Positions 8,310-18,422 are shown, counted from the first letter of the stretch. The stretch is DNA of 48,253 nt from a virus (IMGVR_UViG_2531839665_000024), one strand, 5' to 3'. Notes: generated by a model not told the origin, from the sequence alone. Made by a program: numbers and translations.

Positions 8310-9325
8310 CAGGCTCAGAAATGGCGAAAGCCGGTCTGCGGGAACAGAGCCGACTTTCAGGTGCAAATCGTAACGCACTCATTGCGGGAGGAATTATGGC
8401 AAACACTGCTGAGATATTCAATTTTCCAGTGCCGGATGTGGCACAAAAGGAGCCGCGCGTGGCAGATCTCGATGATGGTTATACGCGCATTGCAAATGAG
8501 TTGCTGGAAGCTGTGATGCTGGCCGGATTAACACAGCACCAGCTTCTGGTCTTTCTGGCTGTCATGCGCAAAACATATGGCTTTAATAAAAAACTGGATT
8601 GGGTTAGCAACGAGCAACTTTCCGAATTAACCGGGATATTGCCGCACAAGTGTTCTGCTGCAAAAAGTGTTCTGGTAAAGCGTGGGATTTTTATTCAGAG
8701 CGGGCGGAATACCGGCATTAATAATGTGGTCAGTGAATGGTCAACATTACCCGAATCAGGTAAGAAAAATAAAGTTTACCTGAAAGAGGTAAATTTACCT
8801 GAATCAGGTAAAAAAAGTTTACCCAAATCAGGTAAAGGCGTTTACCCGAATCAGGTAAACACAAAAGACAAACTAACAAAAGACAATATAAAACCTTTTT
8901 CGTCCGAGAATTCTGGCGAATCCTCTGACCAACCAGAAAACGATCTTCCTGTGGTGAAACCGGATGCTGCAATTCAGAGCGGCAGCAAGTGGGGGACAGC
9001 AGAAGACCTGACCGCCGCAGAGTGGATGTTTGACATGGTGAAGACCATCGCGCCATCAGCCAGAAAACCGAATTTTGCAGGGTGGGCTAACGATATCCGC
9101 CTGATGCGTGAACGTGACGGACGTAACCACCGCGACATGTGCGTGCTGTTCCGCTGGGCATGCCAGGACAACTTCTGGTCCGGTAACGTGCTAAGTCCGG
9201 CCAAACTCCGCGACAAGTGGACCCAACTCGAAATCAACCGTAACAAGCAACAGGCAGGCGTGACAGCTAGCAAACCAAAACTCGACCTGACAAACACAGA
9301 CTGGATTTACGGGGTGGATCTATGA
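8306..9325 (+). CDS. O: Replication initiator O (lambda-type C-terminal P-interaction domain, distinct N-terminal DNA-binding domain)
   Basis: C-terminal about 110 aa match lambda O (ARKPNFAGWANDIRLMRERDGRNHRDMCVLFRWACQDNFWSGNVLSPAKLRDKW...); iterons embedded in coding sequence. Confidence 0.85.
   Translation: MTGSEMAKAGLREQSRLSGANRNALIAGGIMANTAEIFNFPVPDVAQKEPRVADLDDGYTRIANELLEAVMLAGLTQHQLLVFLAVMRKTYGFNKKLDWVSNEQLSELTGILPHKCSAAKSVLVKRGIFIQSGRNTGINNVVSEWSTLPESGKKNKVYLKEVNLPESGKKSLPKSGKGVYPNQVNTKDKLTKDNIKPFSSENSGESSDQPENDLPVVKPDAAIQSGSKWGTAEDLTAAEWMFDMVKTIAPSARKPNFAGWANDIRLMRERDGRNHRDMCVLFRWACQDNFWSGNVLSPAKLRDKWTQLEINRNKQQAGVTASKPKLDLTNTDWIYGVDL
8746..8859. repeat. Replication origin iterons (five about 19-bp near-palindromic repeats TTTACCYGAATCAGGTAAA) followed by an A/T-rich region to about 8900
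   Basis: Repeats at 8746, 8775 (degenerate), 8794, 8818, 8841 with about 24-bp periodicity inside the O gene, as in lambda ori. Confidence 0.75.
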
Positions 9326-10023
9326 AAAACATCGCCGCACAGATGATTAACTTTGACCGTGAGCAGATGCGTCGGATCGCCAACAACATGCCGGAACAGT
9401 ACGACGAAAAGCCGCAGGTACAGCAGGTAGCGCAGATAATCAACGGTGTATTCAGCCAGTTACTGGCAACTTTCCCGGCGAGCCTGGCTAATCGTGACCA
9501 GAACGAACTGAACGAAATCCGCCGCCAGTGGGTTCTGGCTTTCCGGGAAAACGGGATCACCACGATGGAACAGGTGAGCGCCGGAATGCGTGTTGCCCGT
9601 CGGCAGAATAGACCATTTCTGCCATCACCCGGGCAGTTTGTTGCATGGTGCCGGGAAGAAGCATCCGTTACCGCCGGGCTGCCAAACGTCAGCGAGCTGG
9701 TTGATATGGTTTACGAGTATTGCCGGAAGCGTGGTCTGTATCCGGATGCAGAGTCTTATCCGTGGAAATCAAACGCGCACTACTGGCTGGTTACCAACCT
9801 GTATCAGAACATGCGGGCCAATGCGTTGACTGACGCGGAATTACGGCGCAAGGCTGCCGATGAACTGTCCTGTATGACCGCGCGAATTAACCGTGGTGAG
9901 GCGATACCTGAACCAGTAAAACAACTTCCTGTCATGGGCGGTAGACCTCTAAATCGTGCACAGGCTCTGGCGAAGATCGCAGAAATCAAAGCTAAGTTCG
10001 GACTGAAAGGAGCAAGTGTATGA
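9322..10023 (+). CDS. P: Replication protein P (DnaB helicase loader)
   Basis: 233-aa translation essentially matches lambda P (MKNIAAQMINFDREQMRRIANNMPEQYDEKPQVQQVAQIINGVFSQLL...). Confidence 0.95.
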   Translation: MKNIAAQMINFDREQMRRIANNMPEQYDEKPQVQQVAQIINGVFSQLLATFPASLANRDQNELNEIRRQWVLAFRENGITTMEQVSAGMRVARRQNRPFLPSPGQFVAWCREEASVTAGLPNVSELVDMVYEYCRKRGLYPDAESYPWKSNAHYWLVTNLYQNMRANALTDAELRRKAADELSCMTARINRGEAIPEPVKQLPVMGGRPLNRAQALAKIAEIKAKFGLKGASV

Positions 10024-10322
10024 CGGGCAAAGAGGCAATTATTCATTACCTGGGGACGCATAAGAGCTTCTGTGCACAGGACGTTGCCGCGGTAACAGGC
10101 GCAACCGTAACCAGCATAAATCAGGCTGCGGCTAAAATGGCGCGGGCAGGAATCCTGGTCGTTGATGGTAAGGTCTGGCGAACGGTGTATTACCGGTTCG
10201 CTACCAGAGAAGAACGGGAAGGAAAGGTGAGCACGAATCTGATTTTTAAGGAGTGTCGCCAGAGTGCCGCGATGAAACGGGTACTGAGGGTATATAAAAG
10301 AACATCAATGGGAACACAATGA
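10020..10322 (+). CDS. ren: Ren protein
   Basis: MTGKEAIIHYLGTHKSFCAQDVAAVTGATVTSINQAAAKMARAGILVVDGKVWRTVYYRFATREEREGK... matches lambda Ren. Confidence 0.9.
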   Translation: MTGKEAIIHYLGTHKSFCAQDVAAVTGATVTSINQAAAKMARAGILVVDGKVWRTVYYRFATREEREGKVSTNLIFKECRQSAAMKRVLRVYKRTSMGTQ

Positions 10323-10389
10323 TGAAACAGGTGAGTTGAGTTCAAACTGTAGTACAATTCTCTCCAGTTTGAACAGGAAAGAATATGCT

Positions 10390-10722
10390 ATGAACCCTTA
10401 TATTTATCTTGGTGGTGCAATACTTGCAGAGGTCATTGGTACAACCTTAATGAAGTTTTCAGAAGGTTTTACACGGTTATGGCCATCTGTTGGTACAATT
10501 ATTTGTTATTGTGCATCATTCTGGTTATTAGCTCAGACGCTGGCTTATATTCCTACAGGGATTGCTTATGCTATCTGGTCAGGAGTCGGTATTGTCCTGA
10601 TTAGCTTACTGTCATGGGGATTTTTCGGCCAACGGCTGGACCTGCCAGCCATTATAGGCATGATGTTGATTTGTGCCGGTGTGTTGGTTATTAATTTATT
10701 GTCACGAAGCACACCACATTAA
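10390..10722 (+). CDS. emrE: EmrE small multidrug resistance (SMR) efflux transporter
   Basis: 110-aa four-TM protein MNPYIYLGGAILAEVIGTTLMKFSEGFTRLWPSVG... with conserved Glu14; matches E. coli EmrE, a known DLP12 cargo gene. Confidence 0.9.
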   Translation: MNPYIYLGGAILAEVIGTTLMKFSEGFTRLWPSVGTIICYCASFWLLAQTLAYIPTGIAYAIWSGVGIVLISLLSWGFFGQRLDLPAIIGMMLICAGVLVINLLSRSTPH

Positions 10723-10752
10723 AATAATTTGTTTCTAAACGACTAAAATATG

Positions 10753-10793
10753 GAGGCTCTTATATTTATATGAGCCTCGTTTTATGCTTTTTG
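10753..10793 (+). terminator. Rho-independent terminator downstream of emrE
   Basis: Hairpin GAGGCTC-N12-GAGCCTC followed by a T-rich tract (GTTTTATGCTTTTTG). Confidence 0.6.
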
Positions 10794-10976
10794 TTAATGT
10801 CTTTATTTTTTATGTATTCTTTTGTGCTTTCAAGATTATGGCGTAAGAAAATTGCAATACGATTATTGTTGTATATTCAAGATAATGTGACCTTAATTGT
10901 CTTTTTAAATAAAAATTAAACAAAAATTATATCCCACCACTAAGGTTTATAAAAGCATACGTTAGCAGGTGTCACC

Positions 10977-12503
10977 ATGAAAAAAGCCATAGCATATATG
11001 CGATTTTCATCACCAGGTCAGATGTCTGGCGACTCATTAAACCGACAGAGAAGACTTATTGCTGAATGGTTAAAGGTAAATAGTGATTATTATCTTGATA
11101 CCATAACATATGAAGATTTAGGATTAAGTGCATTCAAAGGAAAGCATGCACAATCAGGAGCTTTTTCGGAATTTTTAGATGCTATAGAGCATGGTTATAT
11201 ATTGCCAGGAACTACATTGTTAGTTGAAAGTCTGGACAGACTTTCAAGAGAAAAAGTCGGTGAAGCGATTGAACGTCTGAAATTGATTTTGAATCACGGT
11301 ATTGATGTTATAACTCTTTGCGACAATACAGTCTATAATATTGACTCTTTGAATGAGCCATATTCATTAATAAAAGCCATACTTATAGCACAAAGGGCAA
11401 ATGAAGAAAGCGAGATAAAGTCAAGTCGGGTTAAATTATCATGGAAGAAAAAACGGCAGGATGCACTGGAATCAGGTACGATTATGACGGCGTCTTGTCC
11501 GAGATGGCTCTCCTTAGATGACAAAAGAACGGCTTTTGTTCCAGACCCCGACAGGGTGAAAACTATTGAGCTAATTTTTAAACTCAGGATGGAAAGGCGC
11601 TCATTGAATGCAATAGCCAAGTATTTAAATGATCATGCTGTAAAGAATTTCTCAGGAAAAGAAAGTGCATGGGGACCTTCTGTAATTGAAAAATTATTAG
11701 CGAATAAAGCTCTGATAGGTATATGCGTACCTTCATATCGTGCAAGAGGGAAAGGGATAAGTGAAATCGCTGGCTATTATCCCAGAGTCATATCAGATGA
11801 TTTGTTTTACGCTGTACAGGAAATTCGGTTGGCACCTTTTGGTATTAGCAATAGTAGCAAGAATCCTATGCTAATAAATCTACTTCGAACAGTTATGAAG
11901 TGTGAGGCTTGTGGTAATACCATGATTGTTCATGCGGTATCTGGAAGTTTGCATGGCTATTATGTTTGTCCGATGAGAAGATTACATCGATGTGACAGGC
12001 CATCAATAAAAAGAGATTTGGTTGATTATAATATCATTAATGAATTGCTTTTTAATTGTAGCAAAATTCAACCAGTTGAAAACAAGAAAGATGCTAATGA
12101 AACTTTAGAGTTAAAAATTATTGAGCTTCAGATGAAAATTAATAATTTAATCGTTGCATTGTCTGTCGCGCCTGAAGTTACCGCTATAGCAGAGAAAATA
12201 AGACTATTAGATAAGGAATTACGAAGGGCTTCGGTATCATTGAAAACTTTGAAGAGTAAAGGTGTAAATTCATTCAGTGATTTTTATGCTATTGACTTAA
12301 CCAGTAAAAATGGACGAGAGTTATGCCGTACACTTGCCTATAAAACATTCGAAAAAATCATAATTAATACGGATAATAAAACCTGTGATATCTATTTTAT
12401 GAATGGCATTGTTTTTAAACACTATCCTTTAATGAAAGTAATATCCGCCCAGCAGGCGATAAGTGCTCTCAAATATATGGTTGATGGTGAGATTTATTTC
12501 TAA
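10977..12503 (+). CDS. ybcK: Large serine recombinase family protein
   Basis: 508-aa ORF with N-terminal resolvase-like catalytic domain (AIAYMRFSSPGQ...SLNRQ) and Cys-rich recombinase/zinc-ribbon region; matches DLP12 YbcK from memory; low-GC gene. Confidence 0.8.
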   Translation: MKKAIAYMRFSSPGQMSGDSLNRQRRLIAEWLKVNSDYYLDTITYEDLGLSAFKGKHAQSGAFSEFLDAIEHGYILPGTTLLVESLDRLSREKVGEAIERLKLILNHGIDVITLCDNTVYNIDSLNEPYSLIKAILIAQRANEESEIKSSRVKLSWKKKRQDALESGTIMTASCPRWLSLDDKRTAFVPDPDRVKTIELIFKLRMERRSLNAIAKYLNDHAVKNFSGKESAWGPSVIEKLLANKALIGICVPSYRARGKGISEIAGYYPRVISDDLFYAVQEIRLAPFGISNSSKNPMLINLLRTVMKCEACGNTMIVHAVSGSLHGYYVCPMRRLHRCDRPSIKRDLVDYNIINELLFNCSKIQPVENKKDANETLELKIIELQMKINNLIVALSVAPEVTAIAEKIRLLDKELRRASVSLKTLKSKGVNSFSDFYAIDLTSKNGRELCRTLAYKTFEKIIINTDNKTCDIYFMNGIVFKHYPLMKVISAQQAISALKYMVDGEIYF

Positions 12504-12701
12504 ATAATGATCTCGGATTTTAAGTTATGCTATGGTGATAAAGTGCAAGACAGAATTAATTATCTTTGACGAAACTTAATGGGTAATTACTTTGTTTGCT
12601 CCCACAAGCGAGTTTTGTACGGCTGTATTGGGGTAGTAAATGAGCTATACAATCTTAATCATTTGTTAGGTGAGAACTCTTGGTCGCAGATTCAAATACT
12701 G

Positions 12702-12751
12702 AAAATACGTGACAAATTATTATGAGCAAAATGGTGTATGTCACGTATTTT
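12702..12751. promoter_or_regulatory. Perfect 13-bp inverted repeat (AAAATACGTGACA ... TGTCACGTATTTT) upstream of ybcL
   Basis: Arms at 12702-12714 and 12739-12751 with 24-nt spacer; function unknown. Confidence 0.3.
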
Positions 12752-12967
12752 GAATGGTAGGTTAAAAAATAACACCGACTTTCGTAGGTATTACTAATAA
12801 TAAAGCAGAGTTTTTAGATAGTATCAATGTGCTTTGTGTATATTGTGGCAAATAATTGGGTTGGGGGTACAATTGTGATTGCTTTTGCATGAACATTGCG
12901 CCTTTATGCATAATGAGATAAAGGAATATCAAATAAAATAACGATAGGTCATAACAAAGAGGTTTTT

Positions 12968-13519
12968 ATGAAAACACTTATCGTTTCAACTGTATTGGCA
13001 TTCATAACATTTTCTGCGCAGGCTGCAGCATTTCAGGTCACTAGTAATGAAATAAAAACAGGAGAGCAACTTACAACGTCTCATGTCTTTTCTGGATTTG
13101 GGTGTGAAGGTGGTAATACATCGCCCTCATTAACCTGGTCTGGTGTTCCTGAAGGTACCAAAAGCTTTGCCGTAACTGTATATGATCCAGATGCACCTAC
13201 AGGCAGTGGTTGGTGGCATTGGACTGTTGTTAATATTCCAGCAACAGTAACATATTTGCCCGTTGATGCAGGGAGACGTGATGGAACAAAACTGCCGACT
13301 GGTGCTGTTCAAGGCCGAAATGATTTTGGCTATGCTGGGTTTGGTGGCGCATGTCCTCCTAAAGGAGATAAACCACATCATTACCAGTTTAAAGTATGGG
13401 CTCTAAAAACTGAAAAGATTCCTGTAGATTCTAACTCCAGCGGAGCGTTAGTTGGTTATATGCTTAATGCTAATAAAATCGCAACCGCTGAGATAACACC
13501 AGTTTATGAGATAAAGTAG
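12968..13519 (+). CDS. ybcL: Periplasmic PEBP/RKIP-family protein with signal peptide
   Basis: 183-aa ORF with N-terminal signal peptide MKTLIVSTVLAFITFSAQA; matches DLP12 YbcL from memory. Confidence 0.85.
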   Translation: MKTLIVSTVLAFITFSAQAAAFQVTSNEIKTGEQLTTSHVFSGFGCEGGNTSPSLTWSGVPEGTKSFAVTVYDPDAPTGSGWWHWTVVNIPATVTYLPVDAGRRDGTKLPTGAVQGRNDFGYAGFGGACPPKGDKPHHYQFKVWALKTEKIPVDSNSSGALVGYMLNANKIATAEITPVYEIK

Positions 13520-13528
13520 GGTGAGAGT

Positions 13529-14326
13529 ATGCTGGCAAGAGGTAAGACTAACTTAAAGATCGAAGAAATACGGATGCATAAACATCATGAGATTCATAGG
13601 GTTAAGCCTCTTATGCCAGCTTTGTGTCGTATCCGTCAGGGAAAGAAAGTTATCAATTGGGAGACGCATACTTTAACTGTTGATAATAATCAAATAATAT
13701 TATTTCCTTGTGGTTATGAATTTTATATTGAGAATTATCCTGAAGCAGGGCTTTATCTTGCAGAAATGCTTTACTTACCCATTGATTTAATTGAGAGTTT
13801 CCAAAAACTTTATACGGTAACTGATCAAATACGTAACAAAACAAGTTTCTTTTTACCTCAGAATCCTGAGTTAATATATTGTTGGGAGCAACTAAAAACA
13901 TCTGTTTCCCGAGGCTTCTCAACTAAAATTCAGGAGCACTTAGCAATGGGCGTTCTACTTTCGTTAGGAGTGAATCATGTTAATCATTTACTTTTATCAT
14001 ATAGTAAACAATCATTGATAAGTCGTTGTTATAACCTGCTGCTATCCGAACCCGGCACAAAATGGACAGCAAACAAGGTTGCTCGATATCTCTACATTTC
14101 TGTTTCTACATTACATCGCCGTCTAGCAAGCGAGGGGGTAAGTTTCCAAAGTATACTGGACGATGTGAGGTTAAATAATGCGTTGTCTGCTATACAAACG
14201 ACGGTAAAACCTATAAGCGAGATTGCCAGAGAAAATGGTTATAAGTGTCCTTCTCGTTTTACTGAAAGATTTCATAATCGTTTTAATATAACACCAAGAG
14301 AGATAAGAAAAGCTTCCAGAGAGTAA
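13529..14326 (+). CDS. ybcM: AraC-family transcriptional regulator
   Basis: 265-aa ORF with C-terminal AraC-type HTH ([20 protein letters not shown]...); start may be an internal Met. Confidence 0.8.
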
Positions 14327-14390
14327 AAGTGTTTTAAGAAGGAGCAATTCTATCGATTTTGATTTTGGGAAATCAACACGGCATAATTAT

Positions 14391-14419
14391 GTCACCGGAG
14401 CCTGAACAACTCCGGTGAC
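14391..14419 (+). other. Perfect 10-bp stem hairpin (GTCACCGGAG-N9-CTCCGGTGAC), possible weak terminator or protein-binding site between ybcM and ybcN
   Basis: Seen directly; no strong U-run follows. Confidence 0.3.
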
Positions 14420-14540
14420 TTCTGCGCTAAACGGGGACGTTTATGCGCACATACAATCCAAACTCTCTTCTCCCTTCACAGATGCAGAAATGCACCTGCA
14501 ATTCTTTGCATCTAGCGTTTGACCTCTGCGGAGGTGAAGC

Positions 14541-14996
14541 GTGAACCTCTCACAAGACGGCATCAAATTACATCGCGGCAACTTCACCGCTATCGGTCGG
14601 CAGATCCAGCCTTATCTGGAGGAGGGCAAATGCTTTCGCATGGTGCTTAAACCGTGGCGTGAGAAACGCAGTCTTTCCCAGAATGCACTCAGCCACATGT
14701 GGTACAGCGAAATCAGTGAATACCTCATCAGCAGGGGTAAAACGTTCGCCACTCCAGCTTGGGTAAAAGATGCTCTCAAACACACATATCTCGGTTATGA
14801 AACCAAAGACCTGGTTGATGTCGTAACCGGTGATATCACCACTATCCAGTCGTTACGCCATACCTCCGATCTTGATACCGGAGAGATGTATGTCTTCCTG
14901 TGTAAGGTTGAAGCCTGGGCGGTGAATATTGGCTGCCACCTGACTATTCCGCAGAGCTGCGAGTTCCAGCTGCTCCGCGACAAGCAGGAGGCGTAA
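14541..14996 (+). CDS. ybcN: NinB/Orf-family recombination protein
   Basis: 151-aa ORF (GTG start) in nin-region position upstream of ninE; matches DLP12 YbcN from memory. Confidence 0.8.
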
Positions 14997-15166
14997 TGGC
15001 TACACCGCTTATTCGTGTCATGAACGGACACATCTACAGAGTATCAAATCGTCGTAAGCGTAAGCCTGAGCTGAAGCCATCCGAAATACCAACACTGCTC
15101 GGATATACCGCTAGCCTGGTTGATAAAAAATGGTTGCGACTGGCAGCAAGGAGGAATCATGGCTGA
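14996..15166 (+). CDS. ninE: NinE-like small protein
   Basis: 56-codon [40 protein letters not shown]... starting at a TAATG overlap with the ybcN stop; below the ORF-track length cutoff. Confidence 0.65.
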   Translation: MATPLIRVMNGHIYRVSNRRKRKPELKPSEIPTLLGYTASLVDKKWLRLAARRNHG

Positions 15167-15449
15167 TTTGAGAAAAGCAGCGCGTGGTCGGGAATGCCAG
15201 GTAAGAATCCCTGGCGTATGTAATGGCAATTCTGAAACGTCTGTACTGGCACATATCCGGCTGGCTGGATTGTGCGGTACCGGTATCAAACCGCCAGACC
15301 TGATTGCCACCATTGCATGTTCTGCCTGCCACGACGAAATCGACCGCCGCACACATTTTGTCGATGCTGCATATGCAAAAGAATGCGCGCTGGAAGGTAT
15401 GGCGAGAACACAGGTTATCTGGCTGAAAGAGGGGGTTATTAAGGCGTGA
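15159..15449 (+). CDS. ybcO: YbcO-like nin-region protein (Cys-rich, putative nuclease)
   Basis: ORF from internal ATG ([24 protein letters not shown]...) overlapping the ninE end; Cys/His-rich. Confidence 0.65.
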   Translation: MADLRKAARGRECQVRIPGVCNGNSETSVLAHIRLAGLCGTGIKPPDLIATIACSACHDEIDRRTHFVDAAYAKECALEGMARTQVIWLKEGVIKA

Positions 15450-15808
15450 ATACCTACAGTATCACATTACCCTGGCCTCCGAGCAATAATCGCTATTACC
15501 GCCATAATCGCGGGCGCACGCACGTCAGTGCAGAGGGGCAGGCATACCGCGATAACGTCGCCCGAATCATTAAAAACGCAATGCTGGATATCGGCCTGGC
15601 TATGCCTGTGAAAATCCGCATTGAGTGCCACATGCCGGATCGCCGTCGCCGTGACCTGGATAATCTGCAAAAAGCCGCTTTTGACGCACTCACCAAAGCA
15701 GGTTTCTGGCTGGATGATGCTCAGGTCGTTGATTACCGCGTTGTGAAGATGCCTGTTACCAAAGGTGGGAGGCTGGAACTGACCATCACCGAAATGGGGA
15801 ATGAATGA
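15446..15808 (+). CDS. rusA: RusA Holliday junction resolvase
   Basis: 120-aa translation matches RusA ([38 protein letters not shown]...). Confidence 0.9.
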   Translation: MNTYSITLPWPPSNNRYYRHNRGRTHVSAEGQAYRDNVARIIKNAMLDIGLAMPVKIRIECHMPDRRRRDLDNLQKAAFDALTKAGFWLDDAQVVDYRVVKMPVTKGGRLELTITEMGNE

Positions 15809-15951
15809 TGTTTGAGTTTTATATGGCAGAACTTCTTCGCCACCGCTGGGGGCATCTGCGCTTATATCGTTTCCCCGGTTCTGTTTTGACCGATTACCGA
15901 ATACTGAAGAATTACGCCAAAACCCTGACAGGAGGTAAGCGTACAGCCTGA
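15805..15951 (+). CDS. ylcG: YlcG-like small protein with C-terminus altered by the IS insertion
   Basis: [46 protein letters not shown] then runs into the IS left end (GKRTA stop); the uninterrupted sequence reconstructed from the target duplication would read ...KTLTGAGV. Confidence 0.55.
   Translation: MMFEFYMAELLRHRWGHLRLYRFPGSVLTDYRILKNYAKTLTGGKRTA
15927..15934. repeat. Left copy of 8-bp target site duplication GACAGGAG
   Basis: Identical octamer occurs at 19327-19334 immediately outside the opposite IS end. Confidence 0.8.
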
Positions 15952-16005
15952 ACCGTCTGGTCAGAATCTGACGAATTAGACAAAGTGGTGTCCACCAAAT
16001 AAGTA

Positions 16006-16407
16006 GTGGGAACCAAAGTGTCAGATATGCAGAAAAATGTGACTCCCGGCAGGCGAAAAGGCTGCCCTAATTATCCTCCCGAATTTAAACAGCAGCTCGT
16101 TGCTGCCTCCTGTGAACCCGGGATATCCATCTCAAAACTTGCTCTTGAAAATGGCATTAACGCCAATCTGTTGTTCAAATGGCGACAACAATGGCGCGAG
16201 GGAAAGCTGCTATTACCTTCTTCAGAGAGCCCCCAGCTACTTCCTGTGACTCTCGATGCAGCTGCCGAACAGCCAGAATCGCTCGCAGAGGACCCGGAAA
16301 CCCTCAGTATCAGCTGTGAGGTAACGTTCCGGCACGGGACGCTCCGCTTCAATGGCAATGTCAGCGAAAAGCTCCTGACTCTGCTGATACAGGAACTGAA
16401 GCGATGA
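16006..16407 (+). CDS. tnpA: IS66-family accessory protein TnpA (orf1)
   Basis: 133-aa ORF, first gene of IS66-type operon; start codon uncertain (GTG or downstream ATG). Confidence 0.75.
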   Translation: MGTKVSDMQKNVTPGRRKGCPNYPPEFKQQLVAASCEPGISISKLALENGINANLLFKWRQQWREGKLLLPSSESPQLLPVTLDAAAEQPESLAEDPETLSISCEVTFRHGTLRFNGNVSEKLLTLLIQELKR

Positions 16408-16751
16408 TCCCGTTACCTTCCGGGACCAAAATTTGGCTGGTTGCCGGTATCACCGATATGAGAAATGGCTTCAACGGCCTGGCTGCGAAAGTACAGACGG
16501 CGCTGAAAGACGATCCCATGTCCGGCCATGTTTTCATTTTCCGGGGCCGCAGCGGCAGTCAGGTTAAACTGCTGTGGTCCACCGGTGACGGGCTGTGCCT
16601 CCTGACCAAACGGCTGGAGCGTGGGCGCTTCGCCTGGCCGTCAGCCCGTGATGGCAAAGTGTTCCTTACGCAGGCGCAGCTGGCGATGCTGCTGGAAGGT
16701 ATCGACTGGCGACAGCCTAAGCGGCTGCTGACCTCCCTGACCATGCTGTAA
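16404..16751 (+). CDS. tnpB: IS66-family TnpB (orf2)
   Basis: 115-aa ORF with ATGA overlap to tnpA; conserved IS66 Orf2-like sequence ([22 protein letters not shown]...). Confidence 0.8.
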   Translation: MIPLPSGTKIWLVAGITDMRNGFNGLAAKVQTALKDDPMSGHVFIFRGRSGSQVKLLWSTGDGLCLLTKRLERGRFAWPSARDGKVFLTQAQLAMLLEGIDWRQPKRLLTSLTML

Positions 16752-16800
16752 ATCTCTTTATCCTGGTTGTCACAGAATAAGCCCGGTAAAATACGGGCTT

Positions 16801-18339
16801 ATGAACGACATCTCTTCTGACGACATCTTCCTGCTGAAACAGCGCCTGGCCGAACAGGAAGCGCTGATCCACGCCCTGCAGGAAAAGCTGAGCAACCGGG
16901 AGCGCGAAATAGACCATCTGCAGGCGCAGCTGGATAAACTCCGCCGGATGAACTTCGGCAGTCGTTCCGAAAAAGTCTCCCGCCGTATCGCACAAATGGA
17001 AGCCGATCTGAACCGGCTTCAGAAAGAGAGCGATACGCTGACTGGTAGGGTGTATGACCCGGCAGTACAGCGTCCGTTGCGTCAGACCCGCACCCGTAAG
17101 CCGTTCCCTGAATCACTACCCCGTGACGAAAAGCGACTGTTGCCTGCGGCGCCGTGCTGCCCGAACTGCGGCGGTTCACTGAGCTATCTGGGCGAGGATA
17201 CCGCCGAACAGCTGGAGTTGATGCGTAGCGCCTTCCGGGTTATCCGGACGGTACGGGAAAAACATGCCTGTACTCAGTGCGATGCCATCGTGCAGGCACC
17301 TGCACCTTCGCGGCCCATCGAGCGGGGTATCGCCGGACCGGGGCTGCTGGCCCGCGTGCTGACCTCGAAGTATGCAGAGCACACCCCGCTGTATCGCCAG
17401 TCAGAAATATACGGCCGGCAAGGTGTGGAGCTGAGGCGTTCACTGCTGTCGGGCTGGGTGGATGCATGCTGCCGGCTGCTGTCTCCGCTGGAAGAGGCGC
17501 TTCATGGCTATGTCATGACTGACGGCAAACTCCATGCCGATGATACCCCGGTCCAGGTACTGCTGCCGGGTAATAAGAAGACGAAGACCGGGCGGTTGTG
17601 GGCGTATGTTCGTGATGACCGCAATGCAGGGTCAGCGTTGGCACCTGCAGTGTGGTTCGCTTACAGCCCGGACAGAAAAGGCATCCATCCGCAGACTCAT
17701 CTTGCCTGCTTCAGCGGTGTGCTGCAAGCGGATGCGTACGCCGGGTTCAACGAGCTGTATCGCAATGGTGGGATAACGGAAGCTGCCTGCTGGGCTCATG
17801 CCCGCCGAAAGATCCACGATGTGCACGTCCGCATCCCGTCAGCACTGACGGAAGAAGCCCTGGAGCAGATCGGTCAGTTGTACGCCATAGAGGCGGATAT
17901 AAGGGGAATGCCGGCAGAGCAGCGGCTTGCTGAACGTCAGCGAAAAACGAAACCGTTGTTGAAATCCCTGGAAAGCTGGTTGCGTGAAAAGATGAAGACC
18001 CTGTCGCGACACTCAGAGTTGGCGAAGGCGTTCGCGTACGCACTTAACCAGTGGCCGGCACTGACGTACTATGCGAACGATGGCTGGGTGGAAATCGACA
18101 ACAACATCGCTGAAAATGCCCTGCGGGCGGTCAGTCTGGGTCGTAAAAACTTCCTGTTCTTCGGCTCTGATCATGGTGGTGAGCGGGGAGCGCTACTGTA
18201 CAGCCTGATCGGGACGTGCAAACTGAATGACGTGGATCCAGAAAGCTACCTTCGCCATGTGCTTGGCGTCATAGCAGACTGGCCGGTCAACCGGGTCAGC
18301 GAACTGCTTCCGTGGCGCATAGCACTGCCAGCTGAATAA
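16801..18339 (+). CDS. tnpC: IS66-family transposase TnpC (DDE)
   Basis: 512-aa ORF with N-terminal leucine-zipper-like region, CxxC...CxxC zinc motif and DDE-type core, typical IS66 transposase. Confidence 0.85.
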   Translation: MNDISSDDIFLLKQRLAEQEALIHALQEKLSNREREIDHLQAQLDKLRRMNFGSRSEKVSRRIAQMEADLNRLQKESDTLTGRVYDPAVQRPLRQTRTRKPFPESLPRDEKRLLPAAPCCPNCGGSLSYLGEDTAEQLELMRSAFRVIRTVREKHACTQCDAIVQAPAPSRPIERGIAGPGLLARVLTSKYAEHTPLYRQSEIYGRQGVELRRSLLSGWVDACCRLLSPLEEALHGYVMTDGKLHADDTPVQVLLPGNKKTKTGRLWAYVRDDRNAGSALAPAVWFAYSPDRKGIHPQTHLACFSGVLQADAYAGFNELYRNGGITEAACWAHARRKIHDVHVRIPSALTEEALEQIGQLYAIEADIRGMPAEQRLAERQRKTKPLLKSLESWLREKMKTLSRHSELAKAFAYALNQWPALTYYANDGWVEIDNNIAENALRAVSLGRKNFLFFGSDHGGERGALLYSLIGTCKLNDVDPESYLRHVLGVIADWPVNRVSELLPWRIALPAE

Positions 18340-18422
18340 CACATCCCCGTCAATACGGCCCTCGCTGTACGCTTACGGTATTTCTGACTCATGGCCGTTT
18401 TTATAATGCGGCCAGGTGTTTT

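Larger units (their letters stand above)
15935..18376 (+). mobile_element. Complete IS66-family insertion sequence (about 2442 bp; tnpA-tnpB-tnpC)
   Basis: Terminal inverted repeats beginning GTAAGCGTACAGC at both ends (15935 and reverse complement ending 18376); three co-oriented ORFs typical of the IS66 family. Confidence 0.8.

Noticed and set aside
8746-8859. Possible CRISPR array (short direct repeats with regular spacing)
   Set aside because: Repeats are about 19 bp near-palindromes with about 5-bp spacers inside the O gene and followed by an AT-rich block, which fits replication-origin iterons; no cas genes.
16799-18043. Multiple ORFs overlapping the IS66 transposase on both strands (for example 126-aa 16799-17179 minus, 93-aa 17652-17933 plus)
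   Set aside because: Arg/Pro/Ala-rich translations typical of GC-rich off-frame reading; the in-frame tnpC ORF explains the region.
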